A DNA stretch of 29,539 nt from a virus (IMGVR_UViG_2554235125_000005:1-29539), one strand, 5' to 3'. Shown: positions 1 through 9,963, counted from the first letter of the stretch. Notes: generated by a model not told the origin, from the sequence alone. Numbers and translations are program-made.

Positions 1-1170
1 TCAATCCCTATCTTCCTCTGAACTGTACTCCACTTCCGAAAGCTGAACCTCAAGCTCTAGCCCCGTCGTGAAGCCATTATTATTCAGATTGTGAGTTACC
101 TTACTGATTAACCAAGATTGCTCGTCTATGACACGCTTAAAGCCTGATACGCGCACTGGCGTCTCGGGAAATAAATCAGCGCGACCGAGCGCCAGCGTAA
201 TTGAAAACTCGGCAACACCTCGTTGCAGCTTATCCCACTTAGCCTGAGCGGCGCGCATCGCCTGTGCCTTTGATGCGTAGACCGTCGTCAGCGCCAGCAC
301 GTTATCGGCTTCACCGGTCATGTACTCACCCTCGCGCGCTTCCTGCTCTTTTTTGGCCTTTGTCTTTTTGCTGACCGGCTTTGCTTTCGGGTGTTCCAGT
401 GCGCGCAGGTGTTTCTCTTTTGGCTGGCGTTTCAGCGTAACTTTCTGCTTTTGCGGCTTCGGGTCTTTAGTGTGCAACCATTTAGCGGTTACGCCGGTAT
501 AAGCCCCACGGTCAGCGATAGCAAACTGATGACGGTCACCGTCGCTACGGGTCAACGTCATTTGCGGAATTGGCTTACCGCTGACCGTCGTCGCGCTCCC
601 TGCTTTCATAAACAGCAGTTTCCCCGCTTTCACTGATACCGCAGCTCCGTTTCGGTCAGCCAGTCGGGTCAGAAATACCGAGTCGGACTCCTGCGACTGG
701 TCGATATGCGATACTGGGATTTTTTTTAGTGCATCCGCTACGCTGGCCGTCAGTTTGTTGCGTTTCGCAATGGTGCTGACCAGTTCGTCGAGGGTGGTGT
801 CATGCCATGATTCTTCACGCCTAGAATTGAGCGAACCGCGAAAGTCTGCACTGCGTGCCCGGATGGTCAGGGTATCAGGCGCGCCCCGGTGCTCAATCTC
901 ATCGACCGTGAAATCACCCTTATTCAGAAGTGCCGAACCCTGCCAGCCAAGCCACAACGTTAGCACCGCCCCGCGCAGGGGTAATTCGACTTTGCCGTCA
1001 GAGTCGTCGAGCTCAATGTCGAGTTGGTCAGCTTCAAAGCCCCGGTTGTCGGTCATGGTAAGAGAAATCAGCCGGTCACTAAAATTGCTGGTAATGTCCT
1101 GGCTGTTCAGCGTCAGCATAAATGCCGGTGCAAGACTGGCACCGGCGTCAATGGTCATGCCCGTAATCAT
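1..1170 (-). CDS. D: Tail protein D (late control gene D)
   Basis: 389-aa ORF at the distal end of the tail operon, the P2 gpD position and about the P2 gpD length as I recall it. Start ATG overlaps the upstream U stop (ATGA). Stop is at window positions 1-3. Confidence 0.8.
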   Translation of the reverse strand: MITGMTIDAGASLAPAFMLTLNSQDITSNFSDRLISLTMTDNRGFEADQLDIELDDSDGKVELPLRGAVLTLWLGWQGSALLNKGDFTVDEIEHRGAPDTLTIRARSADFRGSLNSRREESWHDTTLDELVSTIAKRNKLTASVADALKKIPVSHIDQSQESDSVFLTRLADRNGAAVSVKAGKLLFMKAGSATTVSGKPIPQMTLTRSDGDRHQFAIADRGAYTGVTAKWLHTKDPKPQKQKVTLKRQPKEKHLRALEHPKAKPVSKKTKAKKEQEAREGEYMTGEADNVLALTTVYASKAQAMRAAQAKWDKLQRGVAEFSITLALGRADLFPETPVRVSGFKRVIDEQSWLISKVTHNLNNNGFTTGLELEVQLSEVEYSSEEDRD

Positions 1171-1652
1171 GCTGTAAGTCCTCCGAGCGAACCCTGCAGC
1201 TTATCGACCACATTTCCGGCAGAGCCGAGAAGCTCACTGGCCTGTTTATTCAGGTCGCCAAACATCGCCGTCAGTGATTCGTCGACCCGTTTAAGCGAAA
1301 GAGTGAAATCAATCTTTCTGGCTGCACCGTCGCTGAAAAACTCAGTGTGCGTGGTCGATACTCTGTCGACGATATACATCCCGAGAATGTTGCCGGTTCC
1401 CTCTATCAGCGGCCATGCTCTGCCCTCGTTAGCCATCACCTCGACAGCCTTTAAGGAAATCCAACCGCCGGTAATTGCAGGGTAAAGCGTACCGGCAAGC
1501 TGGCGAGATGTTTCCCCCTCACCAAGAAACTGATACGCAGGCGGCTTACCGACCCGGTCATTAGATACCCAGCGGTAATCTTTCGAGTGTTGCATCGACT
1601 GATAAGGTAGGGTGCGGAGTTCAAACACAAACATTCCAAGTGCAAGCATCAT
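1167..1652 (-). CDS. U: Tail protein U
   Basis: 161-aa ORF between tape measure and D, the conserved T-U-D order of P2-like phages. Begins MM...; my read of the display puts the first ATG 1 nt from the track coordinate. Confidence 0.75.
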   Translation of the reverse strand: MMLALGMFVFELRTLPYQSMQHSKDYRWVSNDRVGKPPAYQFLGEGETSRQLAGTLYPAITGGWISLKAVEVMANEGRAWPLIEGTGNILGMYIVDRVSTTHTEFFSDGAARKIDFTLSLKRVDESLTAMFGDLNKQASELLGSAGNVVDKLQGSLGGLTA

Positions 1653-1664
1653 CGTTTATTCCCC

Positions 1665-4106
1665 TCAGTCATGGCTCATGCTGGCACGCTGACGCGCACG
1701 CTTTTCGCGCTCAATTTGTTCGAGTGTGTCGCGTAGCTGTCGGTCAAGTTGAGGCCCCGGCGCAACGCCACCCGGTAGAGTGATGTTGTATTCGCTTTTA
1801 CTCTGGTCGATGTAAGAGCGTCCCGCCGGTGCGGTAACTGGCTGATAAGCCTGATAACCGCCATATGTGCTGGTTGCCGGGATGTAGGAATTACCCTGTG
1901 TGGCGGTGTTGGTTTTGGCTGCGGTCTGGTCGAGACTGTCCGACTCTTTGTTGATGATGCCGAGCTTTTCGAGAAGCCAGTCGACGCCGCTGCGCAGCTT
2001 GTTAAAAACATTGAGCGGAGCCATCAAGGCAGAGGCCAGCGTCTGACCAAATATGACGCCGACATTTTTGCAGCTATCGAGCGTCTCCTGCGTGGCCTTG
2101 ACTGGTGCAATCAGGTCTTTAAACCACTGCCAGACGCCACGCAGCTTCTCGCCGAGGCCGTCAAAGATGGGAGCCAGTGGTGTGAACATTTCCCCGACTG
2201 GGGCAAAGGCACTCATGATGCCCTCAATCACTCCCGAGAAAAATGCGCTGATGGGCTCCCAATATTTACGGATGAGTAGCGCCCCTGCCACAATCGCCGC
2301 ACCGACGGCCACTATCGGCCAGGTAATCGCACCGAGCGCTGTCGCAATGGCACTACCGACGACAGTAAAGACCGTACCCAGCACGCCAGCAGCGGCGATA
2401 ATGGCATTAATCCCCATGACAACCGGCCACGCAACGAGACCAATGCCGCCGATGATACCAATCAGCGCCAGCGCACCACCGGCGATGATGCCGATAGTTT
2501 CCGCTAACTCCTTGTTGTCTTTGATCCAGTCATCAAGCTTTAGCACATACCGTGTTGCTGTCTGAGTTAGCTGACGCAATGAGCTATCTTGCTGGTCATA
2601 GAGGTCAGTGCCGACCGCCTCATACGCTGACTGGAACTCCTTGAAGTCGCCGCCGAGGTTATCCTGCATAACCTTGACCAGCTCCTCTGTTTTACCGTCT
2701 GAATCCTTTATCGTGGCAGTTAGCTTATCGAGTTTTCCGCTTGCCGCTGCCGCCATAAGGACACTTGCAGACTTCATAGCCTCCTCGCCGAATATCGTTT
2801 TCACGTACTCGGCCTTTTGTGAGGTACCAAGATTGTTGCGCTTAAAACTGGCCTGCATTTCTTTCAGGATGGTAAATAACGGGCGCGTATTGCCTTTGCT
2901 GTCCGAGGTTTTAACTCCCAGCTCTTTGAGAGCATCGTATGCTTTGCCTGTGGGTGCCTGTAGTCTCGTTATAACAGCAGCGCCGCCAGTACCAGCCATT
3001 GACCCCCTGATGTTATTATCATGAAGTGTGCCGGTAATCGCAGCCGCCTGTTCAAGACTCACCCCAGCATTTTTCGCAACAGGGGCAAGGTAACTTAATG
3101 AGTCACTTAGTCCCTGAAAATCAGCGGTGGTTTTGTTCATCGTGGTTGAAAGAACATCACCGATATGCGCAGCCGCGTCATTAGAAAGCTGAAAGGCGGC
3201 TTTTGTCCCCATCAACAGTTGCGCGTTTTCCTCCATTGTTTTTCTGTTTGCAAGCGACAGGTTGAGAGTCACAGGTGTCATGGCCGCTATAGCTGCCGCA
3301 TCACCACCACCTTTTGCAATGATAATCTGCGCACTGGCTGCATCATCAGCAGAGGCGGCAGTATTGTCGCCGAGCTGGCGCGCCTGTTTGCGTAGCGCCT
3401 GCATTTCTGGCGACTGCTTATCGACCCCGAGCACGGCCTGCAGTTCGGAATTTTTCTGCGCAAAGTCATAACCGGGCATCAGTAATTTAACCCCGGCCAT
3501 CGTTCCCGCTGTCGCGATAGCGACCCCGGCGGCACCTGCAGCGGCCATGTTACCGGCAAGCTCCTTGCCTGATTTATATCGCTCTTTCACCCGGACTAAT
3601 TTCGTCTGCTGTGCACTGACGCGCGCCAGTGCCTCGCGCTGGCGGTTAAGCTGCGCCGTCGTTTCACTTATGCGACTTTTTAATCCTCGCTCGTCATTGG
3701 CAAGGTTGCGGGTATTAATTCCCGCCGCACCCAGCTCGCGTCGCTGACGTTTTATCGACTCGGTAAGGCTGTTGTATTTAACCTGCAGACCATCAGCTGC
3801 ACGCTTTGCCGATTCAAGCACTTGCGCTTGCGCACGAGTTGGTCGCTCGGTGTTTTTAAATTGGGTAGCAAGCTCCTCGGCTTCACGCTTCGCTTTTTCA
3901 AGCGACTGTCCCGTTACGGCCAGTTGTGCGCTGGCCTTACGAAAGCCGTCAATTTTTGCTGCCTGCCCGTTAAGGTCACGCAGCCCTTTTTGTGTGTCGC
4001 GAATATCCGCCGTCAGGGCTTTACTCTTAGCCTGAATGGATTTAAGCGGTCGGGTCGCCTGGTCGACCGCTTTCAGCAAAACCTCAAGCCTCAGGTTATT
4101 ACTCAT
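1665..4106 (-). CDS. T: Tail tape measure protein
   Basis: 813-aa ORF with long Ala/Gln-rich coiled-coil N-terminal half and Gly/Ala/Ile-rich hydrophobic segments, typical of tape measure proteins. Start ATGAGTAA overlaps the E' stop. Confidence 0.85.
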   Translation of the reverse strand: MSNNLRLEVLLKAVDQATRPLKSIQAKSKALTADIRDTQKGLRDLNGQAAKIDGFRKASAQLAVTGQSLEKAKREAEELATQFKNTERPTRAQAQVLESAKRAADGLQVKYNSLTESIKRQRRELGAAGINTRNLANDERGLKSRISETTAQLNRQREALARVSAQQTKLVRVKERYKSGKELAGNMAAAGAAGVAIATAGTMAGVKLLMPGYDFAQKNSELQAVLGVDKQSPEMQALRKQARQLGDNTAASADDAASAQIIIAKGGGDAAAIAAMTPVTLNLSLANRKTMEENAQLLMGTKAAFQLSNDAAAHIGDVLSTTMNKTTADFQGLSDSLSYLAPVAKNAGVSLEQAAAITGTLHDNNIRGSMAGTGGAAVITRLQAPTGKAYDALKELGVKTSDSKGNTRPLFTILKEMQASFKRNNLGTSQKAEYVKTIFGEEAMKSASVLMAAAASGKLDKLTATIKDSDGKTEELVKVMQDNLGGDFKEFQSAYEAVGTDLYDQQDSSLRQLTQTATRYVLKLDDWIKDNKELAETIGIIAGGALALIGIIGGIGLVAWPVVMGINAIIAAAGVLGTVFTVVGSAIATALGAITWPIVAVGAAIVAGALLIRKYWEPISAFFSGVIEGIMSAFAPVGEMFTPLAPIFDGLGEKLRGVWQWFKDLIAPVKATQETLDSCKNVGVIFGQTLASALMAPLNVFNKLRSGVDWLLEKLGIINKESDSLDQTAAKTNTATQGNSYIPATSTYGGYQAYQPVTAPAGRSYIDQSKSEYNITLPGGVAPGPQLDRQLRDTLEQIEREKRARQRASMSHD

Positions 4107-4278
4107 TGTGGTTTCCGCTACGCTGCAGCGCCTTTTCGCGCCATGTGATGAGCTCGGTCAGGCTCAGGGAATAGAGCTCTGATGGCGACCAGTGGAATAT
4201 CACCGCAATATCCGCCATCAGGTCATCGGTCGACAGGTCGGGCGGGAAATCTATTCCGCCGAAGCCGGTGACAAAAAA
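4099..4278 (-). CDS. E' extension of the tail chaperone, reached by -1 programmed frameshift (E+E' fusion, about 160 aa)
   Basis: In the -1 frame after the slippery site an open frame runs about 57 codons (VTGFGGIDFPPDLSTDDLMADIAVIFHWSPSELYSLSLTELITWREKALQRSGNHNE) to a TAA that overlaps the T start codon. The G-GT-like frameshifted chaperone is conserved in long-tailed phages. Confidence 0.55.
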   Translation of the reverse strand, partial: FFVTGFGGIDFPPDLSTDDLMADIAVIFHWSPSELYSLSLTELITWREKALQRSGNHNE

Positions 4279-4586
4279 CCAATCACCTTAGCGGCCAGCG
4301 ACAGCATATCGGGCAGGTTCATCGCGGTAAGCTCCTGCGCCGTGAGGGCGGGATAGGTCATGCGGGGCAGCACTTTAATCAGCGCATCGACTTCGGACTG
4401 CGCCACCGCTGCCAGACTGACACCGCGCAGGGTACCGGCGTTCGGCTCAATCAGTGTGACTTTATCAATCGTCTGACCGGCACGCTTAATCGGCTTGTCG
4501 AGAGTCACGACGTTCGGGTTTACGGTGTCTATTTCATTGCCAGCCGTATCTACAAATTCAGCGGTTTTACGTGGTACTTTTGCCAT
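4251..4586 (-). CDS. E: Tail assembly chaperone E (zero-frame product)
   Basis: 111-aa ORF immediately upstream of T and downstream of the tail tube gene. Ends just after an in-frame T_TTT_TTG slippery heptamer. Confidence 0.7.
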   Translation of the reverse strand: MAKVPRKTAEFVDTAGNEIDTVNPNVVTLDKPIKRAGQTIDKVTLIEPNAGTLRGVSLAAVAQSEVDALIKVLPRMTYPALTAQELTAMNLPDMLSLAAKVIGFLSPASAE

Positions 4587-4649
4587 GATGTTTTTCTCTG
4601 CTCTGAAAGGGAATTAATAACCGGCCAGCAACACTGACCGGTCAGGGAT

Positions 4650-5168
4650 TTACAGCCCGATTGCGCGGCGGTGCTGTTCCAGACGGTCGACGCCGTTCAC
4701 CTTCTCGACCATGTTGACGGTGTCGATTTCGATGACGTCGCTACCATCAATTGTGAGGCGGTAATAGGTGCAAACGGTCGACAGTTTGGTCGAGGTGTTT
4801 TCACCCTGCTTATTCTCGCCGCCGTCGATTTCTTTATGACGGCCACGCATGACCACCTCGACCGCGATGATTTCGCCAGTGTCGTCGCGTTGGTAAGAGC
4901 CAGCAAAACGCAGCGGCACGGCGTCAGCACCCGGCGCAGCGTATTGCGCCCACAGCGTCACATCGGGCAGGCCACCGACAGACCATTCGACGGTTAACGC
5001 ATCATCGTCGAGACCGAGGTCAATCGCCGCCGCGCCATTCATACCACCGCCGCGATAGTTTTCGAGCTTGCGGGTCAGCTTCGGCAGCGTCACGGATTCA
5101 ACAACGCCCATGTAGCTGAGGCCATCGTTGAACATGTTCAGATATTTGAGTTTGCGGGGTAGTGCCAT
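4650..5168 (-). CDS. FII: Major tail tube protein
   Basis: 172-aa ORF directly downstream of the sheath gene; P2 FII position and size. Confidence 0.8.
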   Translation of the reverse strand: MALPRKLKYLNMFNDGLSYMGVVESVTLPKLTRKLENYRGGGMNGAAAIDLGLDDDALTVEWSVGGLPDVTLWAQYAAPGADAVPLRFAGSYQRDDTGEIIAVEVVMRGRHKEIDGGENKQGENTSTKLSTVCTYYRLTIDGSDVIEIDTVNMVEKVNGVDRLEQHRRAIGL

Positions 5169-5183
5169 GTTGTTTCAGGCTCC

Positions 5184-6362
5184 TTAGCTGTTGACCGATT
5201 CGGCCAGATTCACCAGATATTTATCGGTGATTCGCTGGCGCAGGGTCAGGCTTTCCAGTGGTGGAACCGGCGTATAGTCGTAGTCGATATACAGTTTCCC
5301 GGCCTTGAGGGTTTCCTTATCGTTCGATTCCTCGTCGAACCAGCATTCACCGTCCACGATGTAGCCATTTGATTTCAGCTCGCGGAATTTGGCGTTAATA
5401 CCGTCGACAATGTCACGGATAAGCGATGCGGTGATGGGCTTATCGACCGCCCACATGTGCGCCTCGGCCATCGTGTCGGCCAGAACCTGCGCGGTGCGGG
5501 TGTAGTTCTCAAACAGGAAAAGCGGGTCATCAGAGCAGGTACGGTTACCCCAGAAGCGGAAACCATCCTTGCGCACCAGCGTTGTGACCCCGGCCTCGTT
5601 GAGCAGGTCAGCATCGGTACCGGATGCCTGCAAATCCCAAAAGACTGACGCACTGATGCCGGTGACACCCTGCACGCCGACGTTAGACAGGGTTTTGTGC
5701 CAGCCGACGGTTTGGTCGATGTAGGCACGCAGACCGAGTGCGCGAGCGGTGGCGTAGGCCGTTGCGGTGGCGTTCGCGGTGGTGTCCCATGCGAGGAAGT
5801 CAGGCCAGATAACCATCAGTTCGCGCTGACTGAAATTCTCGCGATAGGCTATCGCTTCGGAAATGGTCTTACAGCCCCATGCGCTGACGTAACCAAATGC
5901 GCGTAGGCTGATACAGACCGACGCAAGTGCGACTGCGACCTCTTTGGTATCGAGACCCGGCACGCCGAGAATGCGCGGCTTAACGCCGGTGACCGCTTCG
6001 GCAGTCAACAGCGCCTTGATACCGGTGTATTTACCGTTCTCATCCGTGCCGCCGATGATGTTAGAAATGGTTTGCGCTTCCGCGTCGTCTCCGGCACCTT
6101 CTGCAACACGCACAACAACGGTGACTGGTTTTGACTGGTCGGCGATAGCCTGCAGGGAGGCAGACAGCGTGCCTTTTTTACCGGCTTTCGCAATGGCGCT
6201 CTGCACATTGGTAATCAGTACCGGCTCGTTGAGGGGAAATGTCGCGGCATCTGCATCGCTGGCCGTACAGACCATACCGACGATTGCAGTCGCGACCGTA
6301 GAAATAACACGCGTACCGTCATTGATTTCGATGACCTGCGTGCCGTGGTGAAAATCACTCAT
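5184..6362 (-). CDS. FI: Contractile tail sheath protein
   Basis: 392-aa ORF (MSDFHHGTQVIEIND...) first in the FI-FII-E-T-U-D operon. GGAG Shine-Dalgarno 8 nt upstream. Confidence 0.85.
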   Translation of the reverse strand: MSDFHHGTQVIEINDGTRVISTVATAIVGMVCTASDADAATFPLNEPVLITNVQSAIAKAGKKGTLSASLQAIADQSKPVTVVVRVAEGAGDDAEAQTISNIIGGTDENGKYTGIKALLTAEAVTGVKPRILGVPGLDTKEVAVALASVCISLRAFGYVSAWGCKTISEAIAYRENFSQRELMVIWPDFLAWDTTANATATAYATARALGLRAYIDQTVGWHKTLSNVGVQGVTGISASVFWDLQASGTDADLLNEAGVTTLVRKDGFRFWGNRTCSDDPLFLFENYTRTAQVLADTMAEAHMWAVDKPITASLIRDIVDGINAKFRELKSNGYIVDGECWFDEESNDKETLKAGKLYIDYDYTPVPPLESLTLRQRITDKYLVNLAESVNS

Positions 6363-6460
6363 CCGGTTAACTCCGTGGTTAGTGGGCGAGTGTTATTGTC
6401 CTGGCTGGTCTTGAGAGGGGCTATTTGTCGGCGATGGATAGCCGATGGCACATAAACAAA

Positions 6461-6489
6461 TCATAAAAAAGACGGGCATTAGCCCGCCC
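6461..6489 (-). terminator. Candidate intrinsic terminator downstream of the tail-fibre operon (minus strand)
   Basis: Plus strand reads AAAAAAGACGGGCATTAGCCCGCC. On the minus strand this is a 5-bp GC stem (CGGGC/GCCCG) with a 4-nt loop followed by UCUUUUUUAU, right after the G stop codon. Confidence 0.5.
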
Positions 6490-6493
6490 AGCA

Positions 6494-7090
6494 TTACTCC
6501 GGTTTAACCGGCCACTCGATACTCGGTGCCGTGGAGGTGTCGACCGCGTTCAGCGCCTGAATGTATTTCATCCATGCAATCAGGCTGACTTTGTCATCGT
6601 CGCTGATGATGCCGAGCTGCAGCTCGGTTTGCCACAGGCTGACAGTTCTTTGCGCCTCGGCCAGCAATGAGTTTTTTTTCTGTTGAGCCGCTGCAACCTG
6701 GCCGCTTTTCTGCGCATCCGCATCTGTAACCCACTCGTTACCATTCCAGCGGTCATAAGGCGTCAGCGGCTCGATGGTGGTCACATTATCAGGGTAATCA
6801 CCAAGCCCTGTCATCTCGACAGGCTGGCCGGTTTCGGTGTCATACACAGTCTCGCCCCGGTGGTCGACAACATAATCCCACCCATCAAGGCTGGCCGTGC
6901 GGCAAATGGCAAAACCTTCTTTCTCATCGACCGGCGCATCGGTACAGGAATTGGCAGGAATCCCCACGCCTACTGCAAGATACTCTGTGGAAGTCGACAG
7001 AAACTTGCGCGTTTTCCCGTCGTAGTTATAAACAGTCATATCACCGGCTTTAGTGGTAATGCCGATTTTATTCAATATCGCTTTCGCCAT
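6494..7090 (-). CDS. G: Tail fibre assembly protein
   Basis: 198-aa ORF immediately downstream of the tail fibre gene, the position of the P2 tail-fibre assembly gene G. Confidence 0.65.
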   Translation of the reverse strand: MAKAILNKIGITTKAGDMTVYNYDGKTRKFLSTSTEYLAVGVGIPANSCTDAPVDEKEGFAICRTASLDGWDYVVDHRGETVYDTETGQPVEMTGLGDYPDNVTTIEPLTPYDRWNGNEWVTDADAQKSGQVAAAQQKKNSLLAEAQRTVSLWQTELQLGIISDDDKVSLIAWMKYIQALNAVDTSTAPSIEWPVKPE

Positions 7091-8103
7091 TATGCTGCCC
7101 TCACGACGTAATTAAATGCGATGTTGCGCGGTCGCGTTTCAGATGCAGTCCTGGTGACGGTACTTGAGTCCAGTTTTGCTCTGCTGTAAGGAGTTAGTTC
7201 ATTAGTAACAGTAACCAAACCGTCAGTCCCTGTTCTGTTAACTCCTGAAAAAGCCCCATCAACATAAGTGAACAATCCGTTTCCGCTATAACCAAATGAG
7301 CCGACGATAGGCTGCATTGCATCTGCCTGAGTTGCGAGTAACAACCGCCCGCTGTCAACCCCGCGCCCGTCATCCCAACCGCGAATAAACTCACCACGTA
7401 AATCAGGCAAATAACCAGACGGAAATACAGCAGCCAGCCCCGGATATTTCACCTTATCAAATGCCGCGCCGTTGCATTTCAGCCAGCCTGTCGGCGGCGT
7501 TGCTGACGGGAAAGGAAGTGGTATACCTACCGGCGTATATTTCGCAATATCGGCGATTTGCAGGTATTGCGAATGCGGGTTCAAGGCGGTGAGGTGTGCG
7601 GCCAGCAGGCTATCGGCATAGACTTTGACCTCAATAACCTTATCGTCGACATACTGACGCGTTGCCAGTACGACCGACGGGTCGATTTTCAGGGTGATGG
7701 CCGATGTGTTCGACACAATCAGAATCATGCGAATGGTCTGTGTGCGGCCGCTTCCCTCCTGCAATTGCGGCTTGTAGGTCTCCGGGCAGTTCGCCACGGC
7801 AATCAGAATGCCGTCGTCATCGTAGAGACCAATCTCGCGGATCCAGAAACCGCCCTCATTCTCGGGAATAATCTGTTCCGCGATAATCTGGTTGGTATTG
7901 GCCGGGTCAACGGTCAGCAGGTTCAGTGGCGCGATGCGCTTTTGGTTAATGAGCTTCGTCTGCGCCGGGTCAGGGGTCAGCAGCGTACCATTCGCATCAC
8001 CGACGGCCATCTGCGTCAGGTTGAGTCTGGTACCGAGAGCCGCCGCGTTCGCCAGCCGCGCCGCGCCCTGATTGGTCAGAATGGCAAAATATTTTGCGGT
8101 CAT
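7090..8103 (-). CDS. H: Tail fibre protein (short H-type with collar-like domain)
   Basis: 337-aa ORF between baseplate gene I and the fibre assembly gene. C-terminal half carries GWLKCNGAAF...YPGLAAVFPSGYLPDLRGEFIRGWDDGRG, which resembles the phage tail-collar fibre motif. Confidence 0.7.
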   Translation of the reverse strand: MTAKYFAILTNQGAARLANAAALGTRLNLTQMAVGDANGTLLTPDPAQTKLINQKRIAPLNLLTVDPANTNQIIAEQIIPENEGGFWIREIGLYDDDGILIAVANCPETYKPQLQEGSGRTQTIRMILIVSNTSAITLKIDPSVVLATRQYVDDKVIEVKVYADSLLAAHLTALNPHSQYLQIADIAKYTPVGIPLPFPSATPPTGWLKCNGAAFDKVKYPGLAAVFPSGYLPDLRGEFIRGWDDGRGVDSGRLLLATQADAMQPIVGSFGYSGNGLFTYVDGAFSGVNRTGTDGLVTVTNELTPYSRAKLDSSTVTRTASETRPRNIAFNYVVRAA

Positions 8104-8708
8104 GCGTTCACTCTCAGGTTATCAATCAAATGGATGGCCGAGGCCGGGTAATATTCACCGCCGACGACAATTTCCTCGGGGGTGTAGGGGTAAACGGTCA
8201 GCGCGTCGCCGTCGTAGCATCCCGCGCCGACGTACAGCTCGCCGGTTGCACTCAGACTGATAGCCAGCCCCGTCAGGTGACGACTTGCCGGTTTGGCGTC
8301 TTCAATCAGGCGCTCAAGTTCCTGATACATTTCGTCAGTGATGCCGCTGTCGAGCACACCGACAACGAGACGGAATGTTCCAGGCTCCTCATTGAGTTGC
8401 CACCATTCGCGCACCTCAATCAGAAAGCCGAGCGGCTCGACCACCCGACGTAATGCGCTGATGGTGCCTTTGTGCTGATGGACGAAAAACGAGGATGCGC
8501 AGACGCTGCGCTTTGTCGCCTCCGGCCACTTTTCATCCCACCGGTCGACCGATAGCGCCCACGCCAGATACGGCAGCAGGTTTACCGGGCAGGTACGCCA
8601 GTTCCACAGGGTGCGCAACGGTACCGGTACGCGCTGAATCTCAGAGAGTGCAGTAGCGGCGGCAACTTCCAGCGGCGACGAGCCAACGGGTAACAGCCGG
8701 TCACTCAT
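8100..8708 (-). CDS. I: Baseplate protein I
   Basis: 202-aa ORF in the V-W-J-I-H order of P2-like phages. Confidence 0.75.
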   Translation of the reverse strand: MSDRLLPVGSSPLEVAAATALSEIQRVPVPLRTLWNWRTCPVNLLPYLAWALSVDRWDEKWPEATKRSVCASSFFVHQHKGTISALRRVVEPLGFLIEVREWWQLNEEPGTFRLVVGVLDSGITDEMYQELERLIEDAKPASRHLTGLAISLSATGELYVGAGCYDGDALTVYPYTPEEIVVGGEYYPASAIHLIDNLRVNA

Positions 8709-9609
8709 CCGAGCCCCCGATAGTTATCTGATACTCGGTGCAGTTCGACGCCTGCGACTTACTCAGCACAATATCGGCCTGCGGTGATGCCAGCTCGACA
8801 CGCTGCACCCCCTCAACATGCAGCGCCGCGTAAATGGCTGACAGGCGAATATCTCGCCCGAGGCGGTGCTGCGCACTGATGTAGCTCTGCAGCGTCTGCT
8901 CTGATGCCTGCCTGATGGGCTCAGATTCCGGGCCGGGGTAGACGTAGAGCGTCGCGTCAATCTGGTACGGCACAATCTCGGCTGACTGGACAGTCACCCG
9001 GTCGGCCACGGGGCGCACATCTTCGGCATTCAGCGATTTATCAACAATCGCCAGTAAATCAGGGCTGGCGGTGCCGTCACCCTCCCGGGATAACACTGTA
9101 ATCGTCACGCAGGCTGGCGACGGGCTTGCGACCGAAACGTCAGCGACCCGCCCGTCGGCGCTGCGACCGTGATACTCGTATGCTCCGACCGGTCCCGCCA
9201 CGCTCAGGCCCTCAAACGCCTGTTGCGTGCGCAGACGCAGGTCGGTATCGGATTCCATAACGGCAGGTGTCGGCGGAATGGTGGTGTCATCCGCCGGGGT
9301 GATGGTCAGGCGTTCGGTATTGTTGTTCCCGGCCACGACGTCGAGGTCGTTACCGGCGGAATAGGCCAGCGTCACCGCCTGCGCGGCTTCGTTTACCCGC
9401 TGACGCCAGATAACTTCACGGTAGGCGTTTTCCTGCAGCAGTTTAACAATCGGCTCCGACTCAAGTGCCAGTGTCCGGGCAATGGCCTCCTGCTGGTCTT
9501 CGGGATAGAGCGAAATCAGTATCGCTTTGCGCTCCGCAAGGATGGTTTCATAGTCCAGTTCCTCAACCACGTCGGGAACGGGTAACTGACTCAGGTCAAC
9601 GGTTGCCAT
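8701..9609 (-). CDS. J: Baseplate assembly protein J
   Basis: 302-aa ORF; P2 gpJ position and size. Confidence 0.8.
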   Translation of the reverse strand: MATVDLSQLPVPDVVEELDYETILAERKAILISLYPEDQQEAIARTLALESEPIVKLLQENAYREVIWRQRVNEAAQAVTLAYSAGNDLDVVAGNNNTERLTITPADDTTIPPTPAVMESDTDLRLRTQQAFEGLSVAGPVGAYEYHGRSADGRVADVSVASPSPACVTITVLSREGDGTASPDLLAIVDKSLNAEDVRPVADRVTVQSAEIVPYQIDATLYVYPGPESEPIRQASEQTLQSYISAQHRLGRDIRLSAIYAALHVEGVQRVELASPQADIVLSKSQASNCTEYQITIGGSDE

Positions 9610-9615
9610 AGTGAT

Positions 9616-9963
9616 TTAACTCAGTGAAACAGTGGTTGAAACTGACGCACCAGTATCGGTACGCATCCCGGTAATATCGACATACATTTCGCCAGCGCCG
9701 CCGGTCTCAAAGCTGATAGCGGTAAGCCTGATGCGCGGCTCCCACTTCTGGATAGCCGAATAGCACGCCACCATAATTTGCAGCCTGAGCGCCGGGTTTT
9801 GCGGCATATCAATCAGCGTCGACAGCAGCGAGCCATATTCACGACGCATCACCCGCGAACCGACCGGCGTCAGCAGTATGTCGCGCATGCTCTGGCTGAT
9901 GTGCTCAGTGTCGCTGATACCGAGTCCGGTATTTCGATTCATACCCTGATAGCGCACTGTCAT
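9616..9963 (-). CDS. W: Baseplate protein W (gp25-like)
   Basis: 115-aa ORF between V and J; P2 gpW size and position. Confidence 0.8.
   Translation of the reverse strand: MTVRYQGMNRNTGLGISDTEHISQSMRDILLTPVGSRVMRREYGSLLSTLIDMPQNPALRLQIMVACYSAIQKWEPRIRLTAISFETGGAGEMYVDITGMRTDTGASVSTTVSLS

Noticed and set aside
2053-2565. Plus-strand ORFs (170 aa and others at 2608-3024, 3822-4148) antisense to the tape measure gene
   Set aside because: Lie entirely inside a well-supported gene on the other strand in GC-rich DNA; Ala/Pro/Ser-rich low-complexity translations typical of shadow ORFs.
4621-4649. Palindrome CTGACCGGTCAG between FII and E as a terminator
   Set aside because: Lies inside the FI-FII-E-T-U-D operon with no U-run; at most an attenuating structure, not called.
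6363-6493. Cargo at the classical P2 Z/fun hotspot between G and FI
   Set aside because: The gap is only about 130 bp and holds just a terminator hairpin and ribosome-binding site; no accessory gene is present at this locus.
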